NCBI GenBank assembly: GCA_049322915.1
Contig: JBMOPW010000034.1
Location: 680,567 to 744,566, forward strand
Direction: 5' to 3'
Origin: Candidatus Zhuqueibacterota bacterium
GTDB lineage: Bacteria; Zhuqueibacterota; Zhuqueibacteria; Thermofontimicrobiales; Thermofontimicrobiaceae
DNA length: 64,000 bases
In this document: positions 40,293 to 50,389 of the stretch, piece after piece
Layout: each line of letters begins with the position of its first letter
How positions within the stretch are numbered: position 1 is the stretch's first letter
Notes under the pieces: generated by a model
The model's input: only the letters and a program-made list of their open reading frames with translations
The model's database searches: none
What the model was told of the DNA's origin: nothing
Position numbers and translations under genes: made by a program

Positions 40293-41735
40293 TCAGTTCA
40301 AGAACTGCACGTCATAGTTCCAGTCCCATTGATCGAAGTAAAGATTCCCTCCGCGCCATTCCAGCTCGCCCCGCTGGAAATCAACGGTCTCGGAGCGGAA
40401 ATGGATTTTGGCCGGGAACAGCGGCTGTGAAAAGTCATCGTTGACAATCAATCGGTAGGCGTCCATGCTGCCGAGGAAGAACCATTTTTCATCCTCATTT
40501 TTACTTTCGATGACGCCGATGTCCGCGTCCACCGGCAGCCAACCGTACGGCTCAAAATAGATCTCGCCCCAATCGTGCATACCACCCCGACCCGGCGTTG
40601 TGGTCCAGCCGGATTGCCAGCGGGTGGGAATGCCATTCATTCGGCACAGCGTCATGAAGAAAATCTCGTGCATGCCGCAATCGCAGTGGCGGTTCTGATA
40701 GACATAGTCGCTGATATTGGACATGGTGGAATATTCCCGCGCCGACGTCCAGGGTATATTGTCGTTAATCCAGAGAAAGATTTTTCTGGCAATGAAATAG
40801 GGATTGGTCTCTTCGCCGACGATCTGCTCCGAAAGCCGCTTCAGATCATCGGAAAACACAACGTGCGGCGGTCGCTCAGCGAGGTATGGCTTCAATTCAT
40901 CCGTGACAAGCGCCGGTTTTACCCGGCTGGCGTCGACCTTTTGACGCACGGCGTAACTGGTGTATTCGAACACGACCTGGAATTCGGTCGTTTTGCCGGC
41001 CATTGCTGCTTTTTCGAAATAGATAGTCCGCTGCAAACAGGCGTCATTGTCCGCGATCAGATAGCTCTCCGGCGCAGTCGAAATGAGCCGAATATCAGTC
41101 TGGCGATTGCGTATTTCGCGGGGGAACGGAAGCCAGCAGCGCAGCACTTCGCCGTCCGGCACTGCATTTTCCGCGACCGTCACCGTGTAGGTAATGCGCG
41201 CCCGCAGCGGCCGGACATACTTCTGGCCGGTCGTCTGCGATTCGTCAATGATGGCTTTGACGTCGCTCAACCGATCGTAGCGATCAGGGAGTTCCGGGGC
41301 ATCCTTTTTCTTTTTAATCGCTTTTAAGTCCTTTTTGATGCGAAACAAATTGGACGCGGCATTCCGGAAATACATCTTCACACCGTCGATCATCTTGTAC
41401 TCCAGGGCGCGTTCCTCTTCCCAGCGCTGAATATCTGCATCGGTGACCTGTGGATAGTAACCCCGGATGTACTCGACGACCTGTTCGCGCGTCCGGTCAA
41501 AATCAGCTCTGATCCTGTCCAGCCGTTCAATCTCAAACGCCAGGACCAGCCGCAGCTCCGGAGTTAGCGCGGGATTCGTCGCGAGTTCCAGTCGCAGTTC
41601 GTTCTGCGCGGTGGTGAATTCTCCGCACCGGATCAATCGCTGAAATTTGTCCGGCAATTGCCCCTGAGCCGGACAGGCGGCTGAGAAAGCCAGGACAAAG
41701 ATCATCAGCAACAATCGCTTCGTTTTCATCATCAT
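40293..41735 (-). CDS. Exported transglutaminase-like (Cys-His-Asp) protein
   Basis: CDCG...F..LCR..GIP.RWQSG, HDWGE.Y, GWLPVD. Confidence 0.88.
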   Translation of the reverse strand: MMMKTKRLLLMIFVLAFSAACPAQGQLPDKFQRLIRCGEFTTAQNELRLELATNPALTPELRLVLAFEIERLDRIRADFDRTREQVVEYIRGYYPQVTDADIQRWEEERALEYKMIDGVKMYFRNAASNLFRIKKDLKAIKKKKDAPELPDRYDRLSDVKAIIDESQTTGQKYVRPLRARITYTVTVAENAVPDGEVLRCWLPFPREIRNRQTDIRLISTAPESYLIADNDACLQRTIYFEKAAMAGKTTEFQVVFEYTSYAVRQKVDASRVKPALVTDELKPYLAERPPHVVFSDDLKRLSEQIVGEETNPYFIARKIFLWINDNIPWTSAREYSTMSNISDYVYQNRHCDCGMHEIFFMTLCRMNGIPTRWQSGWTTTPGRGGMHDWGEIYFEPYGWLPVDADIGVIESKNEDEKWFFLGSMDAYRLIVNDDFSQPLFPAKIHFRSETVDFQRGELEWRGGNLYFDQWDWNYDVQFLN

Positions 41736-41789
41736 TGCAATCTCCCTTTTTAATCCGCATTATTCATTGTTTTTTTATAGGAAGCGGGA

Positions 41790-41917
41790 TAACCTGAATG
41801 GTGCATAAATTTAAAATTCGAATATAAAACTGAGTTTGATTTTGCATATACATTCACATATTATGAAAAGATAATGTTAAGTTGGGCTATTGGAGAATTC
41901 ATGAATAATTCAGGTTA
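41790..41917. mobile_element. Miniature inverted-repeat element, family E copy 1 (128 bp)
   Basis: TAACCTGAAT ... ATTCAGGTTA; same-length homologue at 62137-62264. Confidence 0.75.
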
Positions 41918-42082
41918 ATGAGGCGCCAGTCAATCCCCCGAGACTCTGGTTCGAGTATAATAACATCAAAATATCTAAATGGATTATATGATCGCGCTGA
42001 ATATTTATCCAGCGCGGGAAATGGACGGATAGCCGCACCGCTCGGGATGAATACCGTGAGCACTGCGGATCTCCGCGGCGCA

Positions 42083-43225
42083 TCAGCCGACCCGTTTTTG
42101 AAATCGGATGCTGCTGTAAGTAATGACGACGATGCTGAACAGCGTCATGATCAGCCCTTGCGACCAGAGGTGCGCCAGGCCGCTGCCCTTCAAGAACAAC
42201 TCCCGCACGACTGTGACGAAATAACGGACAGGGTTGATGTAAGTCAGGTACTGCATGAGTCTGGGCATGTTGTCAATCGGGAAAATGAAACCGGACATGA
42301 GAATGGAAAACAGCATAAAGAACCACGCCATGAACAGCGCCTGTTGCTGCGTTTTGGAATTGGTGGAGATGAGGATGCCCATTCCCAACGTGGTGAACAT
42401 GAACACAAAAGCGAATCCGAACAATTCCAGGAGATTCCCCCGAATGGGTATCTGGTACCACAGCCGTGCGACGAGTATGGCAAAGCTGATTTCCAGCAAG
42501 CCCAATATGGCGAAGGGGATCGTCTTTCCCAGCATGAGTTGATACGACTTAATCGGCGTGACGTTCAGTTGCTCCAGCGTGCCGATTTCCTTCTCCTTCA
42601 CAATGCCCAGCGCCGTGAGCAGCGATGTGATGACAGTGAGCAAAATGACGATGATGCCCGGAATCATGAAGTTCTTCGCCTGCAGGTTGGGATTGTACCA
42701 CACGCGCGTCTCCGAGGTGACCAGCCGGACATTGCTCATGCTGGCCGGATTTTGAATGAGCTGATCAATCAGGATTTCCGAACTGTATGACTGAATGATG
42801 CGCTGCGCGTATCCCATGGCCACGAGCGAAGAGTTGGAATCCTGGCCATCCACCAAAAGTTGGATTGTGGGCGACACATTCCGTTTCATGTCATATTCGA
42901 AACGCGCCGGGATGACAATGGCAATCGTCGCCTTGCCCCTGTCGATATAACCGACAATCTCCTGCTGTTCAGTGACGTAATATTCCAGTGTGAAATACTG
43001 GTTGTTTTCAAACCGGCGGATCAATTCCCGGCTGGTCGCACTGCGGTCCTGGTCGCAGACCAGCGTGGCAATATTTTTTATGTCAACAGAAACAGCATAC
43101 CCCAACAGCAGGAGCTGTACGATTGGCATGAAGAAAATAACGACCAGCATGGGCTTATCCCGGAAAACCTGGATAAATTCTTTCCGAATGAGAAATAGTA
43201 TTTTTCTAATATTAGTATTCACCAT
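42083..43225 (-). CDS. ABC-2 type permease (YbhR-like)
   Basis: KEFIQVFRD, WYNP, IVKEKEIGTLEQL.VTP, LMSGFIFPIDNMP. Confidence 0.9.
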   Translation of the reverse strand: MVNTNIRKILFLIRKEFIQVFRDKPMLVVIFFMPIVQLLLLGYAVSVDIKNIATLVCDQDRSATSRELIRRFENNQYFTLEYYVTEQQEIVGYIDRGKATIAIVIPARFEYDMKRNVSPTIQLLVDGQDSNSSLVAMGYAQRIIQSYSSEILIDQLIQNPASMSNVRLVTSETRVWYNPNLQAKNFMIPGIIVILLTVITSLLTALGIVKEKEIGTLEQLNVTPIKSYQLMLGKTIPFAILGLLEISFAILVARLWYQIPIRGNLLELFGFAFVFMFTTLGMGILISTNSKTQQQALFMAWFFMLFSILMSGFIFPIDNMPRLMQYLTYINPVRYFVTVVRELFLKGSGLAHLWSQGLIMTLFSIVVITYSSIRFQKRVG

Positions 43226-43234
43226 GACAGAGCC

Positions 43235-44341
43235 TCAGTCTAAACTCGTTTTAAATCGCGCCACGCTCACCATGAGGAGCAGTGTTCCCAGGGCAAACAG
43301 GAAAATCGTGTTCGGCCACAAATAGGTGGCGCCAATTCCCTTCAAAATAATGCCGCGAATGATATTGATGTAATATTTGGCCGGGACGACATAGCTCAGC
43401 ACTTTCAACACCACAGGCATGCTGCGGATGGGAAACACAAAGCCGGATAAAATCAATGATGGCAAAATCGTGATGATGAGTGATCCCATCATGGCCACCT
43501 GTTGAGTTTTCACGCGCGTGGAAATGAACACGCCGATGGCCAGAGAAGCGTACAAATAGAAAATCGAAAGCAATACCAGCATCAGGAGACTGCCCTGTAT
43601 GGCCACATTGAACATCAGCTTGGCTGCTGCAACCACGACGGCGCCATCTAAAAACGCAATAATGATGTAGGGGAACACTTTGCCAAAAATGATCTCGACC
43701 GGCCGTATCGGCGAGACCAGGAGTTGTTCCATGGTGCCGGTTTCCTTTTCCCGGGCGATGGTCACTGAGGTCATCAATGCGCAGATCATCATCAGAATGA
43801 CTGCGACCAGCCCCGGGACGATGAAATGACCGCTTTCTAAATCCGGATTGTACCAGACGCGGGGCTCGATCAAAATGGGCGCTCGCATGGCTGAATTATT
43901 CAGACCCTGGGAATACGATGCCAGAATGATTTCCACGTAATTCATCACAATGGTCGCTGTGTTGGCGTCACTGCCATCGATGAGCACCTGCACCTGGGTG
44001 CGCTGGTTGATTGAAATGCTGGATAAAAAATCCTGCGGGAACACAATCGCCGCCTTGATTTTTCTCTTCAGGAACAGGTCCTCGATCTCGTCGGTTGTGT
44101 TCGGGTAGGCGACAATGGTGAAATACCCGGACCGTGAAAAATTAGCAATGAGTTCGCGGCTGGCGCTGGAACGATCTGGGTCATTGATGCCAATATTGAT
44201 ATTTTTAATATCAATTTTAATCGCATGCCCGTAGAGAAAAATCATCATCACCGGCATTAGAAATGCCAGTAGCAACGAACGGGTGTCCCTGAAAATGTGC
44301 CGGAATTCTTTTTTTATGATGGCAAAAACTCGTTTCCTCAT
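43235..44341 (-). CDS. ABC-2 type permease (YbhS-like)
   Basis: KEFRHIFRD, DGSDANTA, WYNP, IAREKETGTMEQL, LSGFVFPI.SMP. Confidence 0.9.
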   Translation of the reverse strand: MRKRVFAIIKKEFRHIFRDTRSLLLAFLMPVMMIFLYGHAIKIDIKNINIGINDPDRSSASRELIANFSRSGYFTIVAYPNTTDEIEDLFLKRKIKAAIVFPQDFLSSISINQRTQVQVLIDGSDANTATIVMNYVEIILASYSQGLNNSAMRAPILIEPRVWYNPDLESGHFIVPGLVAVILMMICALMTSVTIAREKETGTMEQLLVSPIRPVEIIFGKVFPYIIIAFLDGAVVVAAAKLMFNVAIQGSLLMLVLLSIFYLYASLAIGVFISTRVKTQQVAMMGSLIITILPSLILSGFVFPIRSMPVVLKVLSYVVPAKYYINIIRGIILKGIGATYLWPNTIFLFALGTLLLMVSVARFKTSLD

Positions 44342-44461
44342 CGTCTGAATTTCCTTCTCTGATCTGATAAAAAAGCACAGCGCGCTAATTTTGTGCGCGC
44401 AACCCGACAGGGTTCCCCGAACCCACGACAGTTGCAGCCTTTGGGCGACCCGGATCCCGAC

Positions 44462-45202
44462 TCACTGCGACGCTGCTGCGCCGCTGACCAACGAGACGAA
44501 CACATCCTCGATATTGTCTTTTTTGTAGGTTGATTTGAGAGCGTTCGGCGAATCGATGGTGATAATTTTTCCCTGATGCATGACGGACAGCCGGTTGCAG
44601 TATTCGGCTTCATCCATGTAATGCGTCGTCACAAAAACGGTGGTGCCGGCTTCGGCCAATTCGTAAATCAGGCTCCAGAAATTTCGGCGCGAAATGGGGT
44701 CCACGCCGGAGGTCGGTTCATCCAAAAAGACAGTGGAGGGATTGTGCAGGATGGCGCAACCCAGCGCCAGTCGCTGCTTCCAGCCCAAAGGAATTTCACT
44801 GGTCAGGGTTTTGCGCTGGTCGGATAAATTCAGCTTGTTCAGCATCCAGTTTTTTTGATGTTCCAGGCGCTTCCTGTCCAGCCCATAGATCCCGCCGTAA
44901 AACGTGATGTTTTCTTCGACCGTCAAATCATTGTACAGAGAAAATCTTTGGGACATGTAGCCAATCGTTTGTTTGACGGATTCCGGCTCCGCGCCAATAT
45001 CAATTCCCTGCACCCAGGCTTTGCCGGAAGTTGGCATGAGCAGTCCGCAGAGCATTCGAATCGTCGTCGTCTTTCCGGCGCCGTTCGCGCCGAGAAAACC
45101 AAAAATTTCGCCCCGGCTCACTTCGAAGCTGATATCGTTCACCGCAATGAACTCACCGAAGGATCGGGAGAGATGTTCAACCTTAACAGCGATTTGGTTC
45201 AT
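44462..45202 (-). CDS. ABC ATP-binding protein (YbhF C-half-like)
   Basis: GANGAGKT, GYMSQRFSLY, LGWKQRL, LDEPTSGVDP. Confidence 0.92.
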   Translation of the reverse strand: MNQIAVKVEHLSRSFGEFIAVNDISFEVSRGEIFGFLGANGAGKTTTIRMLCGLLMPTSGKAWVQGIDIGAEPESVKQTIGYMSQRFSLYNDLTVEENITFYGGIYGLDRKRLEHQKNWMLNKLNLSDQRKTLTSEIPLGWKQRLALGCAILHNPSTVFLDEPTSGVDPISRRNFWSLIYELAEAGTTVFVTTHYMDEAEYCNRLSVMHQGKIITIDSPNALKSTYKKDNIEDVFVSLVSGAAASQ

Positions 45203-45215
45203 AATTCACTTCATG

Positions 45216-46124
45216 TTATTGTTTCATCAGTTCAATGAATGTATCTTCAATGGTGGGTGGAATAACCTGCATCGCCTTTATTCCGGCAATTTCGCGGCCG
45301 ATACTCTCCATGGCCCGCCGGGCATCGCTGGTGGTGACATGGATTTTGTCCCCGAAAATCTGAACCGAATGGATAGCGTCCCACCCTTCCAGCTTTTTAG
45401 CAGTGGGAATCAGGTCGGCGCAGATGATTTCGACCAACTGCCGGGGGAACAATCCGGCGATAATGGCGGGCGAATCGATCGCCAGAATTTTGCCGCGATG
45501 AATCATGGCAATGCGGTCGCACTGTCGCGCCTCATCCATGTACGGCGTCGATACCAGGATGGTCACGCCCTCCTTTCTCAAATCGTGGAGGATCTGCCAG
45601 AATTCCCGGCGCGAGACAGGATCAACGCCGGTCGTTGGTTCATCCAGAATCAGCAGTTTCGGCGTGTGGATGAGCGTGCAGCTCAGAGCCAATTTCTGCT
45701 TCATCCCGCCGGACAACTGCTCGGAGCGGCGCTTTCGAAACGGCCCCAGATTGCTGAACTTGAGTAACCGTTCGGCTCTCTCCCTGCGCTCCTGATCCGG
45801 CACCTGATACAGTTCAGCGAAAAAACTCATGTTCTCATCCACTGTCATATCCGGGTAGAGCGAAAATCGCTGCGGCATATACCCGATGATCTTTTTGATC
45901 TCGACAAGCTGCTTTTTCACATCAAACCCGAAAATCCGACAGTCGCCGGTCTCTTTGGTGAGCAGTCCGCAGAGGATCCGCATGACCGTTGTTTTGCCGG
46001 CGCCGTCCGGGCCGATCAATCCGAACAGTTCGGCCTCGGCAATGGAGAACGACACATCATCGACCGCCACGGTTCCCGCGTACTGCTTTCTCAATCCTGC
46101 AACGTCCACGACATTCACGCGCAT
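45216..46124 (-). CDS. ABC ATP-binding protein (YbhF N-half-like)
   Basis: GPDGAGKT, LSGGMKQKL, LDEPTTGVDP, STPYMDEA. Confidence 0.92.
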   Translation of the reverse strand: MRVNVVDVAGLRKQYAGTVAVDDVSFSIAEAELFGLIGPDGAGKTTVMRILCGLLTKETGDCRIFGFDVKKQLVEIKKIIGYMPQRFSLYPDMTVDENMSFFAELYQVPDQERRERAERLLKFSNLGPFRKRRSEQLSGGMKQKLALSCTLIHTPKLLILDEPTTGVDPVSRREFWQILHDLRKEGVTILVSTPYMDEARQCDRIAMIHRGKILAIDSPAIIAGLFPRQLVEIICADLIPTAKKLEGWDAIHSVQIFGDKIHVTTSDARRAMESIGREIAGIKAMQVIPPTIEDTFIELMKQ

Positions 46125-46173
46125 TTCTCCTGGCTCAAATTAAAGTGCGCCAACCTCACGCTCCATTCCACAT

Positions 46174-47076
46174 TCATTTATTCACGACGATATCCGCCGG
46201 CATGCCAATCTTCAACTCATTGTCCGGATTGGCCAGTTCGATCTTCACGGCATACACCAGGTCCGCGCGCGCTTCTTTGGTCTGAACATTTTTAGGAGTG
46301 AATTCCGCTTTGGGCGAGATCCACACGACTTTGCCGGTGAATTTCCTGCCGGCAAAAGAATCGACTTCGATGGTGGCGTCTTCGTTCAATGTGACAAAAC
46401 CCAGTTCCGGCGCTGTGATGTACAGCTTGATCCACATTCGCGAGAGATCCGCAATGTCCACGACGGCCATTCCCGGCGTGACTGTTTCGCCCTGTTCAAT
46501 ATATTTTTTGATGACCGTGCCCACAGCCGGACTTTTTACAGAGCAGTCGCGCAGTTGACTTTCAAGCAGATCCAGATTCGCCTCAATCTGGAGTCTCTTC
46601 ATCTGGGATGCGCGCAGTCCGGATTTGGCCTGGCGCGCCTGAGTTTCAGCCAGATTGTGCTGTGTGGAAATATCATCCATTTGCTGCTGCGTCGCCGAGC
46701 CCTGTCCGAACAGCGCCTTGATGCGCTCGTATTTTTTCCTGACATTGGCCAGTTGCTCTTCCGCCAACACGGTACTTTCATCCGCAGTCCTGATGACGAA
46801 ATCCACCTCAGAAAGTCCGGCCTGGACCTGTTTCATCTGAAGCGATATTTTCTCCGTATCCACCACGGCGATGACGCTCCCCGCTTCAATGGCGCTGCCT
46901 TCGTTCACCGCCATTTCCAGCACCTGACCCGCTGTCCTGGCGCGCACGGTAATTTCCGTCGCTTCCAGCGATCCGGATCCGGTGATGACGCCGCTGTTCT
47001 TCTTTTCGCAGTTCAAGATGAGTGACATGGACATGATGAGCAAACCCACCATCGTTAAAACCACTTTATTTGACAT
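46174..47076 (-). CDS. HlyD-family membrane fusion protein (YbhG-like)
   Basis: SG.LEA.E, SP..G.V, ISPKAEFTPKNVQT, LKIGMPAD. Confidence 0.9.
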   Translation of the reverse strand: MSNKVVLTMVGLLIMSMSLILNCEKKNSGVITGSGSLEATEITVRARTAGQVLEMAVNEGSAIEAGSVIAVVDTEKISLQMKQVQAGLSEVDFVIRTADESTVLAEEQLANVRKKYERIKALFGQGSATQQQMDDISTQHNLAETQARQAKSGLRASQMKRLQIEANLDLLESQLRDCSVKSPAVGTVIKKYIEQGETVTPGMAVVDIADLSRMWIKLYITAPELGFVTLNEDATIEVDSFAGRKFTGKVVWISPKAEFTPKNVQTKEARADLVYAVKIELANPDNELKIGMPADIVVNK

Positions 47077-47090
47077 GTTCGCCTCCGAAA

Positions 47091-48443
47091 TTATTTCTCC
47101 GTTAATACGCCCAGCGCTCTGGTAAGATCGGCCACGGCAATGTGATGATCCATCACAGCCTGGACTTTATCAATTTTCGCCTGCGTCAGTTTCATTTCCG
47201 CATCGAGGAAATCGGTGTTCGTCACCATTCCCTGCCTGAACTGATCGCTCACCAACCGCAAATTTTCCTCCGCCTGAAGCTCCTTTTTCATGGCAATTTT
47301 CAGGTTCCGTTCCGCGTCGGTCTTTGCCAGATCGGCCCGCGTGACGTCCAATTCGATGTACTGTTTCGCCTTTGAAAGCGACTCCAGAATCTGATTTTTC
47401 TGTATCCGGGCTATCGCCACATTGGAGCTTTTCGCTCCCCAATCCCACAGATTCCATTTCATGGACAGACCAACGGCCCAATAATCCATCCACTCATTTT
47501 TGAACATATTGATCGATGGTTTTCCGTATTCATAAAAGCCAATAACCGAGAGCTGCGGGAAATAGCTGCCGCGATTGGCATCGATGACATGTTGCGCCGC
47601 CTCAACCGATGACGACAGCACCGATAGCTCCGGTCGTTCTGCAATGGCCACGGCTGCCGCGTTCTGCACAACTGTCTCCGCGATGGGAAATTCACCCTCC
47701 AGATCGGGCATAATGCGCTGCGACGAGTTCAGTCCGACCAGATTCAACAGGTTCAAATGCGCAAGTTCAATAGCGTGATCCGCGCGGTTGATCATCAGCT
47801 CGACTTCGGACACCTTGATTTCAATTTTCAATACCTCGTTTCTGGCAACCATTCCCTGGTCGTGCAAATTCTTCACATCCGTCAGATGCGCCTGCACAAC
47901 CTGCAGCGACGCCGCTGCAATCTCCCGCAGTTTATACGCTTTGATCAAATTGAAATAGGCGGATTTCACGGAGTAAACCAGATTATTCAATTCCGCGCGC
48001 AGGTTATGAACTTCAGCCTGCAACTGATTTTCCCTGGCCCGAATCGAATTGGAAATCCTGAACCCGGTGAACAGCGGCTGAGCGACACCCAGCCGGAGCG
48101 AATAATTGTCCTGACTGCCCAACTGAAATTCAATCGTCGGGATGCTCAACGGCACAGGCACATTGGGTATTTGAAACGCCAGGCCGCCAATTTCCGCCAT
48201 GACCGCTTCGCTGACGCGATTGTAATTTGCATCCAGATTCACCTGCGGCAGCCGGGTCGATTTTGCCAGCTTCAAATTGGACTCCGCGGTGTTGATATTC
48301 ATCTCCTTTACTTTGAAGTCCGGATTGTTCTTCCGGGCTAACTCCACGCACTCATCCAGCTTCAGGACCCTCGCTTCTGTCTGTCCCAGCACTATTCCCG
48401 GCAACAGGAATAACAGGAACACATATATTTTTTTCATCGCCAC
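47091..48443 (-). CDS. TolC-family outer-membrane efflux protein
   Basis: L.L.ECV.LA...NP, QPLFTGF, V..AYFNL, F..G......LDA...L. Confidence 0.9.
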   Translation of the reverse strand: MAMKKIYVFLLFLLPGIVLGQTEARVLKLDECVELARKNNPDFKVKEMNINTAESNLKLAKSTRLPQVNLDANYNRVSEAVMAEIGGLAFQIPNVPVPLSIPTIEFQLGSQDNYSLRLGVAQPLFTGFRISNSIRARENQLQAEVHNLRAELNNLVYSVKSAYFNLIKAYKLREIAAASLQVVQAHLTDVKNLHDQGMVARNEVLKIEIKVSEVELMINRADHAIELAHLNLLNLVGLNSSQRIMPDLEGEFPIAETVVQNAAAVAIAERPELSVLSSSVEAAQHVIDANRGSYFPQLSVIGFYEYGKPSINMFKNEWMDYWAVGLSMKWNLWDWGAKSSNVAIARIQKNQILESLSKAKQYIELDVTRADLAKTDAERNLKIAMKKELQAEENLRLVSDQFRQGMVTNTDFLDAEMKLTQAKIDKVQAVMDHHIAVADLTRALGVLTEK

Positions 48444-48604
48444 AACGCTTCTCCTCTGTTTGAATCGAAATACTCATGTCCTTCAATTTAATGACGACCG
48501 GCTGTATCGGCAATATCGGATACTAAAAATGAAAGATGCCGTTGAATGCATCGACGCGGTTTGGTCTCCCCGGAAAGTGGCCGGCGCCGTCTCCCCGGGT
48601 GAAT

Positions 48605-49234
48605 TCATTGTTTATTCAGCAGCCCATTTTCCAGCAAGTCGATGATGCTCTGTTGACGCATGACTAAAAAATCGTTCGAATCGATGATTTTAAACTCATC
48701 GATATTGACCAGAATCGGTTTCATCAGGAAATACACAAGGCACATCCCGATGATGCTGAGAAATGTCTGAATCGGATCGACCTTTCGAAATTGGCCTTTT
48801 TTCACACTGTCATCAATCATGGTGAAAACATTCATCGGCAGGCTGATTTTCAAACCGCCGAAAATATTTTTCAAAATCGACGCGACATAGACTCCCCCAC
48901 TGGCCATTTCCCGGGCCATGATTCTTGGGAACCCTTCGTTTTGCGATAAGAAGTTCGTGTAGGTGTTAATAATCTGTTCGATTTTCAGATGCGGTTCAAT
49001 TTCCGAAATAACGATACTATTGACAGCCTCGAACAATGGCCGAAAGATAGAATCCAGCACCTCGCGATACAACTGGTCTTTGCTGCTAAAATAATAGAAC
49101 AGCATGGCTTTATTAACGCCGGCGCGATCGGCTATTTCCTGCATGCGCGCGCCCTCCCGGCCTCGTTCGATGAATACGAACCTCGCTGCCTCCAGTATTT
49201 TATCCCTCGTCGATGGTGTACCTGATTGTTCCAT
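48605..49234 (-). CDS. TetR/AcrR-family regulator
   Basis: KILEAA..VF...G..GARMQEIA..AGVNKAML.YYF.SKD.LY. Confidence 0.93.
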   Translation of the reverse strand: MEQSGTPSTRDKILEAARFVFIERGREGARMQEIADRAGVNKAMLFYYFSSKDQLYREVLDSIFRPLFEAVNSIVISEIEPHLKIEQIINTYTNFLSQNEGFPRIMAREMASGGVYVASILKNIFGGLKISLPMNVFTMIDDSVKKGQFRKVDPIQTFLSIIGMCLVYFLMKPILVNIDEFKIIDSNDFLVMRQQSIIDLLENGLLNKQ

Positions 49235-49266
49235 GATTTTTTCCTGACTGGCAAAAATGCTTCTTC

Positions 49267-49304
49267 AACCATCTGGTTCAACCATTTGATTTAACCATTT
49301 GGTT
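49267..49304. promoter_or_regulatory. Putative TetR operator array: three tandem AACCANNTGGTT palindromes
   Basis: AACCATCTGGTT (49267), AACCATTTGATT (49280), AACCATTTGGTT (49293). Confidence 0.75.
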
Positions 49305-49761
49305 GAGGCCAATATAATTTATTCTGCTCAAAAAGTCAAGACAATTTTTTTCATTCCCTGGCCCAACGAGTCGGCGACTAACGGACAGAGCACCCAAATC
49401 GCGAGTCGCTGTGAAGTTCGCCGGAAACACAGCGACGAAATCGGCAACAGCCTAGCATCAGCCCTGTATTTTTCAGGGGAACTTGCTCCATTCATTGCCG
49501 GAATTAATCTGTTCGCTGAGTGACATACCAGTGGATTCACGCGGTCCAGCCGCGGCGGCGCAACGGTTTCTCAATTAAAAAATAATTTCCTTGATTTGAA
49601 CAAATATTTTTATTATCTTTAGTGTCAAAATTAGATCGACCCAAAGTTTGGAATACAAATTTATAATCTGTTCAAATCGCCCTGTTGCAGGCTGAATGTA
49701 TATAAGAGTTGGGTCATACCGAATTTTACACGGTGTAGGATTGTTGCGTAAAGGAGAGGAA

Positions 49762-50190
49762 ATGAGTGAATATTTAATTGGACAGGAAGTAGAAGCATTC
49801 TGTCGCAAGTGCAAATCAGACACGATCCATGTGATCACATCCATTTCTGGAGTGAAAATTGATAAGGCCATGTGCAAAACCTGCATGAGCTATCATAAAA
49901 TTAAATTGTTGGAGGAGTCGGTAGAAAAACCAGTCTCCAGAACGGCGAAGCCGACCGCGGAAGTCAAGACAATCAAACGACCGCGCCGGGATAAGTGGAC
50001 CCGTTTGCTGGATAGCACGGCGTCGGAACAGGCCATTTCGTATTCGATGGATAAAGTGTACGAAGTCGCGACCGCGATTCATCATAAAACCTTCGGGTTG
50101 GGCGTCGTTAAAAATATCATCGACGTCCAAAAAATTGAAGTGTTATTCCACGACGGTGCGAAAATTCTGGTTCAAAATTACCAGGGTTAG
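49762..50190 (+). CDS. Small protein: N-terminal Cys/His zinc-ribbon-like domain and C-terminal Tudor-like domain
   Basis: CRKCK...H, CKTC...H; C-terminal IHHKTFGLGVV......KIEVLF.DG.K.L; SD AAGGAG before ATG 49762. Confidence 0.75.
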   Translation: MSEYLIGQEVEAFCRKCKSDTIHVITSISGVKIDKAMCKTCMSYHKIKLLEESVEKPVSRTAKPTAEVKTIKRPRRDKWTRLLDSTASEQAISYSMDKVYEVATAIHHKTFGLGVVKNIIDVQKIEVLFHDGAKILVQNYQG

Positions 50191-50317
50191 TCCATACATT
50201 CTCAGTGCGTCGCTGAACATGAAACCAACAGCATCGTCCCATACAACACCAATGGCGATGGAGATGTTATAAAATCTGATGTCGAGTTTTCAGGTGTCAC
50301 TACAGTCAAAGAAATTG

Positions 50318-50348
50318 AAACCTCCCTACACTGGGGAGGTTTTTTTTT
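50318..50348 (+). terminator. Intrinsic terminator
   Basis: AAACCTCCC-loop-GGGAGGTTTTTTTTT. Confidence 0.8.
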
Positions 50349-50389
50349 GGACGGGATTCAGCACTCAAAAGCAACACCGATTCGCATCA

